Source: Halothiobacillaceae bacterium UBA5861 (GTDB lineage Bacteria; Pseudomonadota; Gammaproteobacteria; UBA5861). From it: a stretch of DNA of 64,000 bases. Positions 59,435 to 64,000 of this stretch are shown piece after piece (position 1 is the first letter of the stretch; every line of letters begins with the position of its first letter). Location of the stretch: NCBI GenBank assembly GCA_002432635.1, contig DJFX01000012.1:112-64111 (forward strand), in the 5' to 3' direction. A program made the position numbers and the translations under genes. The notes under the pieces are model-generated. The model ran no database searches and had not been told where the DNA came from. It saw only the letters and a program-made list of their open reading frames with translations.

Positions 59435-59977
59435 ATGTACGACGAACTGGAGACAGCCCTCAAGCAATGCGGCTCCCCCGCATCCGCGGCAGAATGCCAT
59501 GGCATTCTTGTCGGCACCCTTTGCGCCAAGAACGAGGCCGACCCTACGATCTGGCAAAAGCATATTTTCCCCACCTCCGATGATGAGCAACATTCCGACG
59601 AGGTTTACCACCTCATCGCCGAGATCAGCAAAGAACTGCCGCAGTCTCTGTGCGAGGAATCCTTTGATTTTCATCTACTGCTCCCAGATCCGGGCAGTCC
59701 ACTCGACTTGCGAACCCAGGCACTGAGCCATTGGTGCCAAGGCTTTATTATTGGCGTCACCGAAGGCGGTCTCCAAGCGTTTAAACACTTGCCGGAAGAC
59801 AGCACCGAGCTGATCAGTGACTTTGTTAAAATTGCCCGTCTGTCCAGCAGTACGCCGGATGAAACCAATGAAAACGAATCGGACTATGTTGAAATCGAAG
59901 AATATGTCCGCACGGGAGTCCAACTGATCTACTACGAGCTCCAATTGTCAACGGCGAACACCCATCGGCTTCACTAA
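59435..59977 (+). CDS. ygfB: UPF0149 family protein
   Basis: AECHGILVG, F.LLLPD, WCQGF and EIEEYVR motifs; upstream of pepP. Confidence 0.92.
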   Translation: MYDELETALKQCGSPASAAECHGILVGTLCAKNEADPTIWQKHIFPTSDDEQHSDEVYHLIAEISKELPQSLCEESFDFHLLLPDPGSPLDLRTQALSHWCQGFIIGVTEGGLQAFKHLPEDSTELISDFVKIARLSSSTPDETNENESDYVEIEEYVRTGVQLIYYELQLSTANTHRLH

Positions 59978-60008
59978 CACCAGACTCATCACATCACAGA
60001 CACCGGAT

Positions 60009-61328
60009 ATGCTCAACAAAACACAACTGAAAGAATACCACCGCCGGCGCCAGAATCTTATGCGAGCAATGGGCAACAACGCAATCGCCATTATTCCTGC
60101 AGCCAACGTTAAACCGCGTAACCGCGATGTGGACTACCCTTACCGCCAAGACAGCGACTTTTTCTATTTAACCGGCTTTACGGAGCCCGAGTCCGTCGCT
60201 CTGCTGGCACCTGGTCGAAAAGGCGGTGAATTCATTCTTTTTTGTCGACAGCGTGACCCCCAACAAGAAACCTGGCACGGCCGCCGCCTCGGGGTTGAAC
60301 GCGCTCCAGAAACACTCGGGGCTGACGATGCCTTTCCTATCGACGACATCGACGAAATTTTGCCGGGAATGATGGAGCATGGGGAGCGCATTTTTTACAG
60401 CATGGGCCTTAACCCTGAATTTGATGCTCAAGTGATGCATTGGGTCAATCAGGTTCGTGCCAATATTCGCGCAGGTAGCCACCCCCCCAAAGAATTCATC
60501 TCGCTTGATCATATCCTGCACGAAATGCGCCTGTACAAAAGCCGGCTGGAAACCGGGCTGATGCGCAAAGCCGGGAAAATATCCGCGCAAGCACATATGC
60601 GGGCGATGCAGGCGTGCAAACCCGGCATGACGGAATATCAACTCGCGGCAGAATTTACTTATACGTTTGCCAAGAACAATGCATGCGAAGCTTACCCTTC
60701 TATTGTCGGTGGTGGGGCGAACGGCTGTATTTTGCACTACACCGAGAACAGCGATGCTTTGCAGGACGGCGATCTGGTATTGATTGATGCCGGAGCAGAG
60801 TACCAGGGCTACGCCGCCGACATTACCCGTACGTTTCCAGTTAATGGCCGCTTTTCCAGTATCCAGCGCGAGGTCTACGAAATCGTTTTGGAAGCACAAG
60901 CGAAAGCCATTGATAAAGTCAAACCAGGTAACAGTTGGGATGATCCTCACCAGGCCGCAATCAGAGTCTTGACCAAAGGTTTAGTTCATCTCGGGCTGTT
61001 AAAAGGCAATGTCAATCAGCTGATTAAGAAAAATGCTTATCAGCCCTACTACATGCACCGGACAGGGCACTGGCTTGGCATGGATGTGCATGATGTTGGC
61101 GACTACAAGCTGGAGGATGATTGGCGGCTTCTGGAGAAGGGCATGGTTACCACCGTTGAACCTGGCCTCTATTTTCCGGCAGAATCGGGCGTCCCCAAGC
61201 CCTTGGCCAACATTGGTATCCGCATTGAAGATGATGTCGTCGTCACACGTGATGGCAACGAGGTACTGACAGACCTTGCACCCAAGTCTGTTGAGGAGAT
61301 CGAAGCTCTGATGGCCTCAACGCCATGA
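60009..61328 (+). CDS. pepP: Xaa-Pro aminopeptidase
   Basis: RQDSDFFYLTGF.EP, DAGAEY, DITRTFP, HRTGHWLGMDVHD, EPGLY and GIRIEDD motifs. Confidence 0.97.
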   Translation: MLNKTQLKEYHRRRQNLMRAMGNNAIAIIPAANVKPRNRDVDYPYRQDSDFFYLTGFTEPESVALLAPGRKGGEFILFCRQRDPQQETWHGRRLGVERAPETLGADDAFPIDDIDEILPGMMEHGERIFYSMGLNPEFDAQVMHWVNQVRANIRAGSHPPKEFISLDHILHEMRLYKSRLETGLMRKAGKISAQAHMRAMQACKPGMTEYQLAAEFTYTFAKNNACEAYPSIVGGGANGCILHYTENSDALQDGDLVLIDAGAEYQGYAADITRTFPVNGRFSSIQREVYEIVLEAQAKAIDKVKPGNSWDDPHQAAIRVLTKGLVHLGLLKGNVNQLIKKNAYQPYYMHRTGHWLGMDVHDVGDYKLEDDWRLLEKGMVTTVEPGLYFPAESGVPKPLANIGIRIEDDVVVTRDGNEVLTDLAPKSVEEIEALMASTP

Positions 61329-62548
61329 ACACCCCAGTGGATTATGACCTCGTCATTGTCGGTGGCGGGGTCGTTGGCGCAGCACTGGCCTGCCGTTTAG
61401 CTGACACGACACTGCAGGTGGCGATGATTGATGCTCACGCCTTTAACGACCATACACAGCCGCATGACGATGACCGCACGCTCGCGCTGTCTTACAGCAC
61501 CCGTTTATTGCTGGAAGAACTTGGCGTGTGGTCGGCTCTGTCGGCATCCGCCGAACCAATTCATACCGTCCACGTCTCGGAAAAAGGTCGCTTTGGCACC
61601 TGCCAATTGCGCCAGCAGGACGCAGGCACACCCGCTCTTGGTTACGTCGTGGAAGCCCGGCAACTTGACCGCATCATGCTGGAACGCCTTCAGTCGCAAG
61701 AAAACGTCGATCTACTCAGCGCAACTCGCGTCACCGCCTTATCTCAGACTCATACTGAAGTTGACCTTGCCGTATCAACAACCGATGGCCACCTCAGCGC
61801 TATCCGCTGCCGCTTGCTTGTCGCCGCAGACGGTAGCCACTCGTCCATTCGAAAAATGACCGGTGTACATGCCAAACACACCGACTACAGGCAAACAGCT
61901 ATCATCACCGTAGCCCAGACGGAACGTCCTCACCAAAATATGGCTTATGAACGTTTCACGCCACAAGGACCACTGGCCATCCTGCCGATGCAAGATGGAC
62001 AATGCTCCATTGTTATGACGGTGGATACGGCTGACGAGGCGATCTTGTCTTCAACAGATACCGAGTTTATTCAAACGCTACACGCTCAGTTTGGTTATCG
62101 GCTGGGGCGTTTTCTGTCTATTGGGAAACGCACGGCCTTCCCGCTCTACCTTGTTCAAAGCGAAACACAATTTACCGGCCGAATTGTTTTTATTGGTAAT
62201 GCCAGAAGAAGCCTTCATCCAGTTGGCGGACAAGGATTTAACCTGGCTCTGCGCGATGTCGACGCCTTGGCCACATGCCTGCTGGAAAACGCCCCCCACC
62301 AGTTCGGCAACAGTACACAATTGACTCGATTCACACAGATGAGACAAAGCGACCAGAGCCGCACAACTTACTTGACTGATGGGCTTGCCCGCCTCTTCAA
62401 GGAAGGGGTAGAGTGGCTAGGCCCTATGCGAGCACTTGGACTGATTTCTCTCGATTTTTCACCCTGGGCGAGAAAGAAATTTGCCCGTCAAATGATGGGC
62501 ATGCACCATTTTTCGCACGACAAACATAACACAAAATTGCTCCCATAA
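61325..62548 (+). CDS. ubiH: 2-octaprenyl-6-methoxyphenol hydroxylase
   Basis: GGGVVG, ADG, AYERFT..GPLA and GNA...LHPVGGQGFNLALRD motifs; follows pepP. Confidence 0.9.
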   Translation: MNTPVDYDLVIVGGGVVGAALACRLADTTLQVAMIDAHAFNDHTQPHDDDRTLALSYSTRLLLEELGVWSALSASAEPIHTVHVSEKGRFGTCQLRQQDAGTPALGYVVEARQLDRIMLERLQSQENVDLLSATRVTALSQTHTEVDLAVSTTDGHLSAIRCRLLVAADGSHSSIRKMTGVHAKHTDYRQTAIITVAQTERPHQNMAYERFTPQGPLAILPMQDGQCSIVMTVDTADEAILSSTDTEFIQTLHAQFGYRLGRFLSIGKRTAFPLYLVQSETQFTGRIVFIGNARRSLHPVGGQGFNLALRDVDALATCLLENAPHQFGNSTQLTRFTQMRQSDQSRTTYLTDGLARLFKEGVEWLGPMRALGLISLDFSPWARKKFARQMMGMHHFSHDKHNTKLLP

Positions 62549-62650
62549 CGCATGCTTCTGTGCCACAATGACCTCATGATTTGCAGGGTTTAGAGCAACC
62601 GTTTTTTTGCAAAACCCCGGTTATTTTAGAAGATCCACTTGGAGTAGCAG

Positions 62651-64000
62651 ATGGACACCAAAATACTACTGGCCGAATCAGATATGCCCACGCACTGGTA
62701 CAATGTCGTCGCTGACATGCCTACTCCGCCCTCCCCTCCTTTGGGGCCGGATGGCCAGCCCGTTGACCCGGCAATGCTCAGTGCGATTTTCCCAGAAGCC
62801 ATTATTCAACAAGAAATCAGCTCAGAACGCTGGATTGAGATTCCCAAGCCTGTGCGAGAAGCCCTCTATTTGTGGCGCCCATCTCCACTTTACAGAGCCC
62901 ACCGGCTCGAAAAGAAGCTGGGCACACCAGCAAAGATTTACTACAAAAACGAATCTATCAGCCCGGCTGGATCACACAAACCCAACACAGCGATTCCTCA
63001 GGCCTACTACAACAAACAGGCTGGGATAAAGCGGCTGACAACGGAGACAGGCGCTGGCCAATGGGGGTGTTCATTATCGCTGGCGGGCCAGATCTTTGGG
63101 CTTGATGTCAGAGTGTATATGGTAAAAGTCAGTTATGAGCAAAAGCCTTATCGTCGCTCAATGATGAAAACCTGGGGAGCAGAAGTTTTTGCCAGCCCCA
63201 CAAACATGACAGAAGCCGGCCGCAATGTGCTGGCAAAAGACCCTGACTCACCCGGCTCTTTAGGTATTGCCATTTCAGAAGCGGTGGAAGAAGCTGCTGG
63301 GCGAGAGGACACAAATTACTCGCTGGGCTCTGTGCTCAACCATGTCCTTCTGCACCAAACAATCATTGGCGAAGAAGCCAAAAAACAGCTGGCAATGGTG
63401 GGTGACTATCCTGATACGGTATTCGCACCCTGCGGCGGCGGGTCTAACTTCGGCGGCATCGCCTTTCCTTTTTTCGCGGACAAGGCAGCGGGCAAAGCTA
63501 TTGAATTAGTGGCCGTCGAACCCACGTCCTGTCCAACGCTGACCAAAGGCACGTACGCATACGATTATGGCGACGTAGCAGGCCTAACACCAATCATGAA
63601 AATGTACACGCTGGGACACGACTTTATGCCACCGGGGATCCATGCCGGAGGGTTACGCTATCATGGCGACTCCCCTTTAGTAAGCCAGCTCCACCACGAG
63701 GGTTTGATTAGCGCAGTCGCCATCCCTCAACTGGAAACCTTTCAAGCTGGTGTGTTGTTTGCTCAATCAGAAGGCATCGTGCCTGCACCGGAGTCAACCC
63801 ATGCCATTGCCGCTACCATCCGCGAAGCCAAACGCTGTATTGATACCGGCGAAAATAAGACGCTGCTATTTAATTTATCCGGGCACGGCCATTTTGATAT
63901 GACGGCTTACGATCGCTTTTTTGATGGCAGTCTGGAAGATTTTGAATACCCAGAGGAAGCAATCAAAGCTTCATTAGCCCATTTGCCGAATATTGGCTAA
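62651..64000 (+). CDS. trpB2: TrpB2 (stand-alone tryptophan synthase beta-like PLP enzyme)
   Basis: [41 protein letters not shown] and HAGGLRYHG motifs; no adjacent trpA in the window. Confidence 0.92.
   Translation: MDTKILLAESDMPTHWYNVVADMPTPPSPPLGPDGQPVDPAMLSAIFPEAIIQQEISSERWIEIPKPVREALYLWRPSPLYRAHRLEKKLGTPAKIYYKNESISPAGSHKPNTAIPQAYYNKQAGIKRLTTETGAGQWGCSLSLAGQIFGLDVRVYMVKVSYEQKPYRRSMMKTWGAEVFASPTNMTEAGRNVLAKDPDSPGSLGIAISEAVEEAAGREDTNYSLGSVLNHVLLHQTIIGEEAKKQLAMVGDYPDTVFAPCGGGSNFGGIAFPFFADKAAGKAIELVAVEPTSCPTLTKGTYAYDYGDVAGLTPIMKMYTLGHDFMPPGIHAGGLRYHGDSPLVSQLHHEGLISAVAIPQLETFQAGVLFAQSEGIVPAPESTHAIAATIREAKRCIDTGENKTLLFNLSGHGHFDMTAYDRFFDGSLEDFEYPEEAIKASLAHLPNIG

Noticed and set aside
60168..60950. 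260-aa antisense ORF, and similar ones at 48901-49482, 37642-38175 and 56933-57460
   Set aside because: They lie opposite well-conserved genes and have no recognisable motifs; they are typical shadow ORFs.
62549..62650. Trp attenuator upstream of trpB2
   Set aside because: There is no leader peptide with tandem Trp codons.
1..64000. CRISPR arrays, tRNA/rRNA genes, IS elements, prophage or defence systems
   Set aside because: I saw no regularly spaced repeats and no transposase, integrase, cas or phage-like ORFs. The mazG is the housekeeping two-domain type. This was visual inspection only.

Overview
This looks like ordinary chromosomal DNA from a gammaproteobacterium. It carries about 58 CDS and one ncRNA (6S RNA). 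I saw no rRNA, tRNA, CRISPR array, transposase or prophage by eye. The housekeeping scaffold is rnfD-G-E, mazG, amgK-murU, purC, metA, ybaK, pat, dps plus a Prx-Grx hybrid, ilvA, fau-ssrS-zapA, ygfB-pepP-ubiH and trpB2. Accessory modules sit between these genes. (1) A PlcP-like phospholipase and GT4 glycosyltransferase behind an 11-bp-phased Pho-box array, suggesting lipid remodelling under phosphate starvation. (2) An ArsS-type radical SAM gene, a VOC gene and the TIGR04283/TIGR04282 transferases, with no arsM in the window. (3) An uncharacterised P-loop protein coupled to an atypical MetA. (4) A sigma54-type promoter ahead of a NarK/NRT2 transporter and a fused PP2C phosphatase-Ser/Thr kinase. 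(5) A PilZ gene inserted antisense inside the rnf operon, plus three GGDEF proteins, one of them globin-coupled. (6) Several acyl-CoA/lipid catabolic genes and acidic lipoproteins. (7) An AT-rich ClbS/DfsB gene followed by an attC-like remnant. All product calls come from motif recognition by eye; no database searches were run.
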